A stretch of DNA of 64,000 nt from Vulcanimicrobiota bacterium (GCA_963820825.1 CAWGBN010000008.1:448001-512000), one strand, 5' to 3'. Shown: positions 1 through 8,925, counted from the stretch's first letter. Numbers and translations are program-made. Notes: a model not told the origin generated them from the sequence alone.

Positions 1-1344
1 CGGCGATAGGAACTCCCACGCATTTGCCGGCGCCGCAGCGCCCGAGCTTCCCGGCGCATAGATCAACACGGCGTCGTTACCGCCGTTGCCGTCAAGGTTC
101 GTGGCGCCGTACGTCACCAAGTCATCGGATGTATCGAAAGCCATATACTGCGGGAAGAGCGCCGTCTTCGTCGATTTGTCGGCGGTCAACACCGCGGTCG
201 GCTGCGAGTTGCCGCTGGCATCCGGGGAGTAAATAGCCACCTCGTTGCCCGCATCCGGCTTGCCGCTCGACGGCGAGAAGCCTTCCTGATTGTCGAAGTA
301 ACCGACGTAGAGATTGTTGTTCGAATCGACCGCGATGCTGCGCGCGTAGAGCTTCGAGTCGAGTTGAAGCGTGCGTACGGGCGCGGCATTGCCTTTCGCC
401 GAGCCGTCATACTCGGTGACGGTCGCGTCTTGGCCGTCACTCGTCCCGAGGTTGAGCGCGTAGATCGTGCCGACCGGGGGCGGCGGCTGTTTGCCGCGCA
501 AGGTAAAGGGCGCCTTTGCGCTTCCCGCGCTAGGGCCATCGATCGCTGCCTGAACCGTGACCGATCCGGCTTGTTCGTAGCCGTCATACGCCAGGGTAAT
601 GCCCGAAGTTGGCTTTTCGATCGTTAGCTGCGTTCCGGAATGGCCGCCCGCGTGCAGCAGGAAGGCGTTGTTGGTGTCACCCTGGATAGAGAGCGCGATC
701 GGCGAGGCGAATTTGCTCGGGCCGATGATCTGCGCGCCGCTCGCGTCGTACGCCGCCAGCGTCACGTCTGATTTTACCGGCGTACCGCGCTTGGCGTGGT
801 TCGGTACGAGGGCTAGCCCGAGCGATGCGATGATGCCGTTGAGGGTTAGCGATAGCTTGTTGCTAATTTGCACGCCGCCGCCGCCCGCGGCGATCTGGGC
901 CCGCACGCTGCCGACTGAAAGAACTGCGCCGGTTGCGTTGGTTCCCTCATAGGTCGTCACCGAGAATACGTCGTTGCCGGGCGATCCGGACGCCGTCGCG
1001 GAGCAGACGGTACCGCCGCTCTCGAGCTTGCAGCCACGCGCCTCTGGGACGGTATTGATCGTCGTCGGATTGACGCCGGTGACGCCGCCGCCATCAACCG
1101 ACGTCAGCTGAATCACCAGGGATTGCGTGTTGACGGAAATATAATCGTGCCGGATTCCGCTTCGGCTACCACCCGATGGGACCGTGACGACGACTTTGAC
1201 GTCGACGAGTTTCGTTGGCGGCGGCCCCGAACCGCCGCCGGAGTTCACGACCGATCCGAGAGGCAGTCCGCCGCCTCCGCCACACGCTGTCAGCAGACAA
1301 ATCACGCCGGTAGCAACGGTGCGATTCATCGCAGGGCGAATCAT
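1..1344 (-). CDS. Secreted lipoprotein with Ig-like region and C-terminal NHL/beta-propeller-like repeats (3' end runs off window)
   Basis: Read manually: ATG at 1344 overlaps upstream stop (ATGA); MIRPAMNRTVATGVICLLTACGGGGG lipobox; IAVDSNNNLYV propeller-type motif; open to position 1. Confidence 0.8.
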   Translation of the reverse strand, partial: MIRPAMNRTVATGVICLLTACGGGGGLPLGSVVNSGGGSGPPPTKLVDVKVVVTVPSGGSRSGIRHDYISVNTQSLVIQLTSVDGGGVTGVNPTTINTVPEARGCKLESGGTVCSATASGSPGNDVFSVTTYEGTNATGAVLSVGSVRAQIAAGGGGVQISNKLSLTLNGIIASLGLALVPNHAKRGTPVKSDVTLAAYDASGAQIIGPSKFASPIALSIQGDTNNAFLLHAGGHSGTQLTIEKPTSGITLAYDGYEQAGSVTVQAAIDGPSAGSAKAPFTLRGKQPPPPVGTIYALNLGTSDGQDATVTEYDGSAKGNAAPVRTLQLDSKLYARSIAVDSNNNLYVGYFDNQEGFSPSSGKPDAGNEVAIYSPDASGNSQPTAVLTADKSTKTALFPQYMAFDTSDDLVTYGATNLDGNGGNDAVLIYAPGSSGAAAPANAWEFLSP

Positions 1345-2540
1345 GGATAAACCTTCGTGAGGAGGTCGGAGGTCGTGACGTCGGCTTGTCCGCTGGGGCC
1401 TTTGATCAGCGGCAGTTGCGAGAGGTTCTTGGGATAGGAGGCCTCGAAGGCGGGATAGTCGACGCCCGCCGCATAGACTTCGTACGTTTGCTTCGGACAG
1501 ATCGTCGGTGATTTCTGTCCCGATTGGGTGAGCGGTCCGATGTCGTCGGGCAACGCGAGACCTTGTGCGCCGGCCTTATGCGTAACGACGGTGTAGAACG
1601 CATCATTTTGATGGGACGACTGGACGCAGGCGGGTTGCCCGCTGCCACCCAGCGCGCGCACAACCACCAGCGCCTCGCTCGTACCAGGTGGAGCGTCGAC
1701 GTTAATGGTTCCGCCCCCCTTGCGATCGGGTGTGAACGACGGAGTCGCAAATTGCGGGAGCGGCGTCAGATTGGTGAGCTGTGCGCCGGTCGCGAGAATT
1801 CCCGGCGGGGGCGTTGGGGTGCCGTTGGGACCTGGTGAAGGCGTTGGATCTTGCGGCGTGTCGTAAGCCGGCGGCACCGCGGCGTAGAGATTGTACTTAC
1901 CGACAACCGGCGCGACGGCGAAATCGGTGAAGCCGAGCGAATACCCTTTCCATCCTAGCGCGATGACTTGCGGACCCTCGGCCGGATAGGCCGGCGGTCC
2001 GCCGTACCAAGACTCCTCGTTGTCGCCGTAGATCGGAAGATTGTAGGAAACGAACAACGGTGTCGTGCCGTTCCCCGGCCCCGAGTCGGAGTTGCACGCG
2101 CAGAGCCCGTATCCGAAGGCACCGCTTGTGGAGCGCTTCAAGCCACCGGGTGCCGGCGGAACCCATTGCGTTTGATTGAGCGTCCCCCAGGTGATATGGT
2201 TGCTGCCAAAATCCGAACCCGCCGATTGAACGTCGCTGCCGGTCTCGGTCGAGGTCAGCACGTTGAAGCTGCTGGGACCGATGATCATCGGCACGTTGTA
2301 CAGCGTGCCCGAGAGCCCGTCTTTCTGACGCAGCGTTTCGACGATATTGAGCCCGTAGGCGACGCTCAGCCCGCCATTAAACGACATCGTCGCCACCCCA
2401 ACGGCGAACTGCATCTTGCTGGTCGCTGCCGGATCGAGCGACGTCACCGTCGGCTCCGACGCACCGCCATTGCCGCAGCCGACGATGACCGCGGCAGCGA
2501 CGGCCGTGCCGAGCAGTCCAAAGCCAAGTCGTACGTTCAT
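1341..2540 (-). CDS. Lipoprotein of unknown function, partner of TonB-dependent receptor
   Basis: ATG 2540 overlaps receptor stop (ATGA); signal peptide with VIVGC lipobox; Pro/Thr linker. Confidence 0.8.
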   Translation of the reverse strand: MNVRLGFGLLGTAVAAAVIVGCGNGGASEPTVTSLDPAATSKMQFAVGVATMSFNGGLSVAYGLNIVETLRQKDGLSGTLYNVPMIIGPSSFNVLTSTETGSDVQSAGSDFGSNHITWGTLNQTQWVPPAPGGLKRSTSGAFGYGLCACNSDSGPGNGTTPLFVSYNLPIYGDNEESWYGGPPAYPAEGPQVIALGWKGYSLGFTDFAVAPVVGKYNLYAAVPPAYDTPQDPTPSPGPNGTPTPPPGILATGAQLTNLTPLPQFATPSFTPDRKGGGTINVDAPPGTSEALVVVRALGGSGQPACVQSSHQNDAFYTVVTHKAGAQGLALPDDIGPLTQSGQKSPTICPKQTYEVYAAGVDYPAFEASYPKNLSQLPLIKGPSGQADVTTSDLLTKVYP

Positions 2541-5500
2541 ATCGTCACCTGGTAGTAGAGGCGGAACGAGATCGGCGGTTCGTTGGGATAGGTCAGATAC
2601 GGCTGGTTGCCGTGCGCGGCGAGATCGGGGGGCGCATAGGGCGCCGTGGAATACGTGCACGGCGCGTTACCGCTCGCGAGTCCGGTGCTCACCGGAGATC
2701 CGTAGCAGCCGTTATAGACCGGCACGTTGTAGAGCTCGTTGAAGAGATTGACGATCTGGATTCCAAAGACGGATTGCGCGATGCTGCGCGTCGGCGGCCG
2801 GTACTCAACGGTGAGATCGGCATCGACCCGCGGCGTGGTGAGAAATCCGCCGGGTAAGCCGCGCTCGGCAATGCCGCGCGTCGCCGCGATGTTGGGCTTG
2901 GTGCAGGTGCCCGGATCGAGCGGATCGATGTAGCCGGGCGTATCGGAGTAAATCGTGGCCAGCGCGGTGTTGGGAACGATGACCGGGATCCCGTTGCAGT
3001 AGACCGCCGTGAAGTAGCCCGCGCCGTAGGGATAGCCGGAGTTGGCGTAGATGACGGGATTGAAGCGCCAGCCGTGGCTGTTCTTGTAGTTGAAGGCCGC
3101 GTTGAGCTGAAAGGGCGAAAGATCGGGCGAGCGATAGACGGTCCCCAAAGCCAGCGCCGCCGGTTGCAGGAACGTTCCCGGCGGTTCGTTGCCGAATTGG
3201 CTGATATAGGTGGCGCCGATCTGCCAAGAGAGGCCCAGTGGAACTTCCTTGTTGTAGAGTGCCTCGATTCCCATAGCCTTTTGAATGCCGAGATTGGAAT
3301 ATTGCACGTCGCCGAAAACCGGCGAGCCCGTCTGGTAGTTGAAACCAATGATCTGCGCAGTCTGCTCGATGACGTTGTAGCCGCGCCGGTAGAACGGCGT
3401 CAGTTTGATCGCCGAACCATCGCGAAACTCGTGCGCCCAAGAAAAGTCGATGTTGGTAAACGTCGCCCCCACCAACGGCGCCTCGAGCGTCGAGCTGCCG
3501 AAACGGTAGTCGCGCGTGAGCCAATAGAGTTGATCGGCGTAACTGCCGCAGGTTTGATTGGCCAGCGGTCCGCAGTACTGCGCCGCTTTTCCCGTTGAGT
3601 TGTCATACGATGGAATGGTGTTGAAGGCGGTATAGGGCGCGCGGCTGACATCGGCGCCGATCAGACTGGGCAGCGGCATCGAGAGCGTGTGCCCGAAACC
3701 CACCCGAAACGTATCGCGCTGATCGGGGATGTAGGTCGCGTCGAGATGGGGTTCGTAGAGACGCTGATGTTCGGCCGCCGGGATCGTGGCGGGAGCGCCT
3801 GCTTGCGTCGGAATCAGGAAGTTGTAGCCGTCTAAGCGTAATCCGGCCTCAGCCTTCCAGCGATCGCTCATGTCGACGGTATCTTGCAGATAGGCGCCGT
3901 ACTGTTGCTGCGTGACCGTTTGAACGTCTTCCTCAAACGGAAAGCGCACGCCGCCGGGAAACCACGCGTTCAAATATCCGCAGTTACTCGTCAAGCGCAC
4001 TTGCGCGCAAAACCCCGGCGAGAAGAAGTCTTGCTCTAGGCCTTGCTGCGCTGCCGGGTTGTTGTTCGGCAGCAGCCCGGTGTACGTATAGGGCAACGGC
4101 AGCGGCTGCAGCGGATGCGTGATCGGATAGGTGATGATATACGCCGGCGTCGTCAATGCAGTGTACGACGTAAAGTCGTAGCGATCGCCGTAGGGCTGCA
4201 CGTACTCGTAAAGGCCGCCGTACTTGAGCGTATTCTTGCTGCCGATCTGCGTCGTACCGTCGAGCTGCCCCGCCGTGCGCGAGCCGCCGTAGGGATTGGC
4301 GTAGATCCCTTGGGCCGGCATGATCTGCGACTGATCGCTCCAGGTGCGCCAGTAGCGCGTGGTCAGCAGCGTGCTGCCGCCTACGTTGATCCCGTACTCG
4401 AACTTATAGGCCAGAAACGGGCTCTTGCGCTCGTCGGCCTGCGAAACGAACGCATAGGTATTGGGCTGACCCGGAAAGAGCGGAAGCAGATTGTCGCAGG
4501 CATAGTTCTGCTGCAGGCTGTTGATCGGACCGTTGGGACCGACGATCGGGTAGGGTGCGCACTTGCCCGCGGTGGTGCCGCCCGAGATGTAGGGCAGATA
4601 CTGGAAGCCGCCGTAGTCGAGCGTCTGATCGATCGACTGGTCTTGGATGAAGAACTGCAGCCGCTGGTTGTTGTTCTTACCGAACCGGTAGATCAAGTTA
4701 TCGAGAAAGTCGTTCGACGCCAAGAACTGCGGCGAGTAGTAGACCAAGTTGGGATCGATCGTGCTGCCCAAGGTCGATGCGTTGGTCCCCAGCGTCCCCA
4801 GCGTGTTGGCCGCCGTGCCCGCAATCCCGTACTGAAAGGACCGGCGAATCCCGATGAACCCGGCATAGTTGGAGAGCCGCTGGCTGGGATCGGCCCAACC
4901 CCATTCCAAGCCCAGTTGGTGCAGGTAGGGAAAGAGCAGCGCCTCGGTATCGACGTGCAGATAGGTCGGGTAGGTGCCGTTCTTGGCGGTAAAGAGCACC
5001 AGGCCCGTGCCGGTGTCGCCGTGGGTTGCGTCGCCGGCACCCGGAATCAACTGCACGCCGCCCACCCCGTTGAGCAGGTTGAAGTTGCCGATGTTCTGCA
5101 GCGTATTCTGCAGATTGGCCGTCGGTGTCGTGTAGTCGATCCCCTCGAACTCATAGGCGGCCTCAAAAGCAAAGCCGCCCCGAATCGAGACCGTGCCGGT
5201 CTTATCGATCGTGACGCTGGGAATGCTGCGCAGCAGATCTTCCTCGCGCGCGTTGAACGATTTGCCCATCACCGTCTGAATCTGCGCGCCGGTCACCGTG
5301 TAAGTATCGATCGTCATCCCGTGCTGAAAGGCGCTCCCGGCACCGCGCGCATGGGTCGTCGCGATGATCTTGAGCGTCTTGGAGAGCGCCACCGGGATCG
5401 CTTGCTGCGAGCCGTTGAGCACGACCACGGTATTGGCGTAGGGCAGATACCCGCTGTGGGTCACCGAGAGCGAGTACGTGTCGGGCAGCACCGAGAGAAA

Positions 5501-5719
5501 GCGAAAGGTGCCCTTGGCGTCGGTGACCGTCTTATACGTGCCGCTGGGCGATTTGACCACCACCTGCGCACCTTCGATCGCCGCGTGACTCTTGTCGTCG
5601 CTGACCGTGCCCGAAATAATCCCGCCCGTCTCGGCGAGCACGCGTGCGTGGGATAGGGCCATGCAGCAGAACAGAAAAAAGAAGACGCGCTTCTTGACCC
5701 GGAGCAGGCTCTTGATCAA
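2537..5719 (-). CDS. TonB-dependent outer-membrane receptor with N-terminal carboxypeptidase-regulatory-like domain
   Basis: ISGTVSD...G.F.F.SV.PDTYSLSVTHSGY N-domain, plug (SIRGG), barrel strands (AYLQD, GLRLD, IVNLFN), C-terminal YYQVTI; TTG start at 5719 is inferred (ORF open to 5776). Confidence 0.88.
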   Translation of the reverse strand: MIKSLLRVKKRVFFFLFCCMALSHARVLAETGGIISGTVSDDKSHAAIEGAQVVVKSPSGTYKTVTDAKGTFRFLSVLPDTYSLSVTHSGYLPYANTVVVLNGSQQAIPVALSKTLKIIATTHARGAGSAFQHGMTIDTYTVTGAQIQTVMGKSFNAREEDLLRSIPSVTIDKTGTVSIRGGFAFEAAYEFEGIDYTTPTANLQNTLQNIGNFNLLNGVGGVQLIPGAGDATHGDTGTGLVLFTAKNGTYPTYLHVDTEALLFPYLHQLGLEWGWADPSQRLSNYAGFIGIRRSFQYGIAGTAANTLGTLGTNASTLGSTIDPNLVYYSPQFLASNDFLDNLIYRFGKNNNQRLQFFIQDQSIDQTLDYGGFQYLPYISGGTTAGKCAPYPIVGPNGPINSLQQNYACDNLLPLFPGQPNTYAFVSQADERKSPFLAYKFEYGINVGGSTLLTTRYWRTWSDQSQIMPAQGIYANPYGGSRTAGQLDGTTQIGSKNTLKYGGLYEYVQPYGDRYDFTSYTALTTPAYIITYPITHPLQPLPLPYTYTGLLPNNNPAAQQGLEQDFFSPGFCAQVRLTSNCGYLNAWFPGGVRFPFEEDVQTVTQQQYGAYLQDTVDMSDRWKAEAGLRLDGYNFLIPTQAGAPATIPAAEHQRLYEPHLDATYIPDQRDTFRVGFGHTLSMPLPSLIGADVSRAPYTAFNTIPSYDNSTGKAAQYCGPLANQTCGSYADQLYWLTRDYRFGSSTLEAPLVGATFTNIDFSWAHEFRDGSAIKLTPFYRRGYNVIEQTAQIIGFNYQTGSPVFGDVQYSNLGIQKAMGIEALYNKEVPLGLSWQIGATYISQFGNEPPGTFLQPAALALGTVYRSPDLSPFQLNAAFNYKNSHGWRFNPVIYANSGYPYGAGYFTAVYCNGIPVIVPNTALATIYSDTPGYIDPLDPGTCTKPNIAATRGIAERGLPGGFLTTPRVDADLTVEYRPPTRSIAQSVFGIQIVNLFNELYNVPVYNGCYGSPVSTGLASGNAPCTYSTAPYAPPDLAAHGNQPYLTYPNEPPISFRLYYQVTI

Positions 5720-5882
5720 ATTCGACTTCGACTCCCAGCAGCAACAAGAGTCTACGGTTCTACCGAAGCTCTCCATGCAAGATGCTAATCGTTAGCGGGT
5801 TATGGCTGCATCCCGGGAATGCGCGAATGGTTAAGGCATCGGCAACGCGACTTTATCGAATCATAAGGAAATTCGCCAAACC

Positions 5883-7190
5883 TTAATGTTCCTCGTTTTT
5901 CTGCGTGTCGGCGATCTGCCAGCGCGAACGTAAGCCGAGCCGCCCGAGAATCGAACTGACGTGCCGCTCGACGGTATGTTCGCTGATCTGCAAGGCCACG
6001 GCCACCTCGCGGTTGCGCGCGCCTCGACGAATCAACTGGGCGACCTGCTCCTCACGGCCCGTTAGCGTGGACCCGCTCGGGCGTCCACGCGGGCGCCGCT
6101 CGCCGGCCGGCTCTTGCGCCACGAGCAGCCGCATCGCTTCGTTCGTCCAACGGCGCAGACCCATCGCACTGAATGCTCGCGCGGCATCGCCGGCATCGTC
6201 GATCCAGCCGCCGCGTTCGCCCGATCGCGAAAAGAGATGGGCGCGCGCGAGCAGGTGGTGCGCGTGCAGATAGGGTCGAGCCGGGGCGATGACCGCCGCG
6301 AAAGCCTCGACCGCGAAGCGCGCTTCCTCGATATCGCCGCACTGTGCGGCAGTCGCGAAAAGCTCGACGGCGCTCGCCGCGCTATCTGCTTGGAAGAGCG
6401 CGCGGCGCAAAGCGATCGCGACGGGCGTTGGCGTTCCCGGACCCGGCGTCCGCGACCCGACGAGCACGGCCACCGTTGCCGCGATCGCGGACTCGGACAG
6501 ATCGCAGCGCAGCGCGGTATCGAGCATCCCGGGCGAGGTCCATTCGGGTAGCGCGGCGTCGTCGCCGAGCTCGACGGCAAGTTGCGCGCCCGTCGCTGCA
6601 AAGAGCGCGAGCTCTTCGGGCGAACGAGCGGCTGCGCGACCGCGCGCCACCAGAGCTTCGGCGCGCTCGAGGTCGCCCGCATCGAGCGCGAGCCCGGCCG
6701 CGGCCGCAACCGCGCGCAGCAGCCAACTCTGGAACCCATGCGCTTCGGCCAGGGCGATTGCGTCGTCGATCGACGTGCGCGCAAGGATCACGTCGCCGAA
6801 GAGCAACGCATGCTGCGCCAAACGTTCGCGTGCCGCGACAGCAAGGTGGAAGCGCCGCTGCGCCATCGCGCGGTCGTGGGCGGCCCGCAACGAGTCGAAG
6901 GTGCCGACGGGGCCGGCCGCCCACGCGAGCACGACACCGGCGACGATATGGTCTTCAGGGCTCGGCTCGAGGCTCGTCGCCCCATAGTAAGCAGCGACCT
7001 CGGCACCCGTTCGGCATGCAAGCAAGTCGGCATCGACGAATCGCGCCAGGCCGCGGTCGTCCCCCGCCAGCGCGCAGAGTGCCGCGCGCTCGCGTAGCGG
7101 CGCGCGGGCAAGCGTGAGCTCGGCCGAAGCTTCCCTCAGCCGGCATTGCGCGATTAAGCCGTCGATCTTCTGCTCATCGAAGATCATCAA
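5883..7190 (-). CDS. LuxR-family transcriptional regulator (C-terminal HTH, helical/TPR-like N-terminus)
   Basis: LTGREEQVAQLIRRGARNREVAVALQISEHTVERHVSSILGRLG is a canonical LuxR HTH. Confidence 0.88.
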   Translation of the reverse strand: MMIFDEQKIDGLIAQCRLREASAELTLARAPLRERAALCALAGDDRGLARFVDADLLACRTGAEVAAYYGATSLEPSPEDHIVAGVVLAWAAGPVGTFDSLRAAHDRAMAQRRFHLAVAARERLAQHALLFGDVILARTSIDDAIALAEAHGFQSWLLRAVAAAAGLALDAGDLERAEALVARGRAAARSPEELALFAATGAQLAVELGDDAALPEWTSPGMLDTALRCDLSESAIAATVAVLVGSRTPGPGTPTPVAIALRRALFQADSAASAVELFATAAQCGDIEEARFAVEAFAAVIAPARPYLHAHHLLARAHLFSRSGERGGWIDDAGDAARAFSAMGLRRWTNEAMRLLVAQEPAGERRPRGRPSGSTLTGREEQVAQLIRRGARNREVAVALQISEHTVERHVSSILGRLGLRSRWQIADTQKNEEH

Positions 7191-7266
7191 AGCCTAATCT
7201 AGCAAGCGATTCTTAAGTGCCCATTATCCCTTCCGCTACGTCATCCTAAGGACGCGCATCCCGGCG

Positions 7267-7307
7267 CCCTTCGACTGCTCTCTGCGCTCGCGCTCTGGGT
7301 GACACAT
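7267..7307. repeat. REP-like element, degenerate copy 1
   Basis: CCTTCGAC...GCTCTGGGTGACACAT; inverted partner GTCATCC at 7240-7246; same orientation as copy at 7636. Confidence 0.55.
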
Positions 7308-7363
7308 CTAGACGCGCTGCGCCCGGGCGACAAGGAGTTTGAACTGTGTCACGGCCACTACAA

Positions 7364-7393
7364 ACGAGGCGCCGCATTACTGCGACGCCTCGT
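7364..7393 (-). terminator. 13-bp hairpin with GTAA (GNRA) loop, likely 3' end of a minus-strand RNA
   Basis: Minus strand ACGAGGCGTCGCA-GTAA-TGCGGCGCCTCGT then TTG; G.U wobble and GNRA loop occur only on the minus strand; T-tract is weak. Confidence 0.55.
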
Positions 7394-7477
7394 GCGTTTC
7401 GATGTGTCGACGACCTGATACGTTGCCGACGATATCACATCTGCAGCGACTTCGCAACGGCTTTGGTCCGTTCCGGC

Positions 7478-7549
7478 TGGAGCGCCCGGGAATCGAACCC
7501 GGAGCCGATCGGCGTATCAGATCGTCGGTCGACACCATCGAAGCGCCCC
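7478..7549 (-). ncRNA. Non-canonical tRNA-like element with alanine-type acceptor stem
   Basis: GGGGCGC/GCGCTCC-A acceptor (G3.U70, A73), perfect T arm CCGGG-TTCGATT-CCCGG, 72 nt; D and anticodon arms aberrant; no encoded CCA. Confidence 0.7.
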
Positions 7550-7591
7550 AGCCCATCTCATTCACGCGGTGAAGACGCAATGACAATGCGA

Positions 7592-7621
7592 CGAAGGCGC
7601 GCTTCGATTAGCGCGCCTTCG
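7592..7621. terminator. 12-bp perfect hairpin downstream of the TIGR03803-like gene
   Basis: CGAAGGCGCGCT-TCGATT-AGCGCGCCTTCG. Confidence 0.5.
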
Positions 7622-7635
7622 CTCAAACGTCGCTC

Positions 7636-7679
7636 GTCCTTCGACACGCGCGCTCCGCGCGCGGCTCAGGATGACACAT
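7636..7679. repeat. REP-like element, copy 2 (TGTCATCCTGAGC...GTCGAAGGAC type)
   Basis: Minus strand TGTCATCCTGAGCCGCGCGCGGAGCGCGCGTGTCGAAGGAC with internal palindrome. Confidence 0.65.
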
Positions 7680-7686
7680 TTCAGAG

Positions 7687-8925
7687 CTACGGGATCAAGC
7701 GGAAGACCGTGCCGTAGTATTCGGCGGCGCCGCCCCAGAAGGTCGTTCCGTAGAGAACGCCGTTGACGTTTCGCAGACCCGCTTCGGGATTTGCACCGTT
7801 GGGATCGCCGCGGAAGCGATAGACGACGTGTTCGGTTCCGAAGTGGTCGGTGCGGAAGATCGTACCGCAGCGATAGTAGCCGTCCTTGCGAACGGCGCCC
7901 GACGAAATGCATTGGTTGGCCTTATGCGGACTATAACCGCCGCCGGTCGTCGTGCCGTAGAGCTGCCCGTTAACGTTGGAGAGGCCAGCAACGGGATATG
8001 CACCGTCGAGTTTAAAGCCGAAGCTATGGATCACGAGCTCGTGGCCTTGCGGCGTCATCTCGTAGATCGTTCCTCGCTCCTCCTCTCCGCCGCCGCGGGT
8101 CGTTCCGAAAAAGACGCCGTTGTAGTAGAGCAGCGTGCCGTTGGGCCCTTTTCCATCGCCGTTCGTGACCGCAAAACTATGCAGGACCTTCTCTTGACCT
8201 AACGCGTTGATCCGATAGACGCTTCCGCCCGATTCGGTCTTGCCGCCGGCGAGCGTCACGCCGTAAAGCCAGTTGTTGACGCGAACGAGCCCGCCGCCGG
8301 GATGTCCGCCGTCGCTCGGCGCCCCGGCAAAGCTATGGAGCACGGTCTCGTCGCCGGCTGGATCGACGGCAAAGACGATGCCGCGATCGTGTTTGCCGCC
8401 CTGACGCGTCGTGCCGTAGAGAACTCCGTTGACAACGAGCAATCGCGATTCGGGATCGGTGCCGTCGCTCGGTCTGCCGAAGTTGTAAACGACGTGTTCG
8501 CTGTCGCCGGGACTCATCGAGTAGACGGTTCCGCCGCCGTGCACGCCGCCGGCGGAGGTGGTACCGTAGAGCTGCCCGTTGAGTGAGACCAGATCCGCCA
8601 GCGGATACGCGCCGTCGGGCGTTCCGGTAAATTTGTGGACGGTGCGGAACTTGCCAAGCGGGCTGATCGCAAATACCGTGCCGTAGCCGGCGCCGTACGA
8701 CGAAGTCGTTCCGTAGAGCGTGCCTTTGACGTTGACGAGCGAGGCTTGCGGCTCCCCGCCGCTCATCTCGCCTTTAAAGCTGTAAAGCGTTACCAAGTTA
8801 GCACTCTCGGGCGACGTTCGAAACGCCGCGTCGGTAAGCGAGCCACCGGGCAGCGCCCCGCCTCCGGCGATTCGGGAACAGCCAACGATGAGAAGAGAGC
8901 AAGCAATCAATGTAAGAGTGCGCAC
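7687..8925 (-). CDS. Lipoprotein with TIGR03803-type (GloVer) tandem repeats, beta-propeller
   Basis: LIVGC lipobox; repeated DG..P.A.L....G.LYGTT..GG....GTV(F/Y). Confidence 0.85.
   Translation of the reverse strand: MRTLTLIACSLLIVGCSRIAGGGALPGGSLTDAAFRTSPESANLVTLYSFKGEMSGGEPQASLVNVKGTLYGTTSSYGAGYGTVFAISPLGKFRTVHKFTGTPDGAYPLADLVSLNGQLYGTTSAGGVHGGGTVYSMSPGDSEHVVYNFGRPSDGTDPESRLLVVNGVLYGTTRQGGKHDRGIVFAVDPAGDETVLHSFAGAPSDGGHPGGGLVRVNNWLYGVTLAGGKTESGGSVYRINALGQEKVLHSFAVTNGDGKGPNGTLLYYNGVFFGTTRGGGEEERGTIYEMTPQGHELVIHSFGFKLDGAYPVAGLSNVNGQLYGTTTGGGYSPHKANQCISSGAVRKDGYYRCGTIFRTDHFGTEHVVYRFRGDPNGANPEAGLRNVNGVLYGTTFWGGAAEYYGTVFRLIP

Noticed and set aside
4043..5656. Long antisense ORFs (also 27078-28469, 14276-15790 and others)
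   Set aside because: Shadow frames of real genes in high-GC DNA with Arg/Ala-rich, motif-less translations
7478..7549. Canonical tRNA-Ala or tRNA-Ile gene
   Set aside because: No proper D stem or 5-bp anticodon stem with an Ala anticodon; acceptor identity and the possible anticodon disagree
7300..7560. Full or two-piece (permuted) tmRNA gene
   Set aside because: No tag ORF between the ends, and no second GGGGCGC-like 5' acceptor strand downstream of the CCA end
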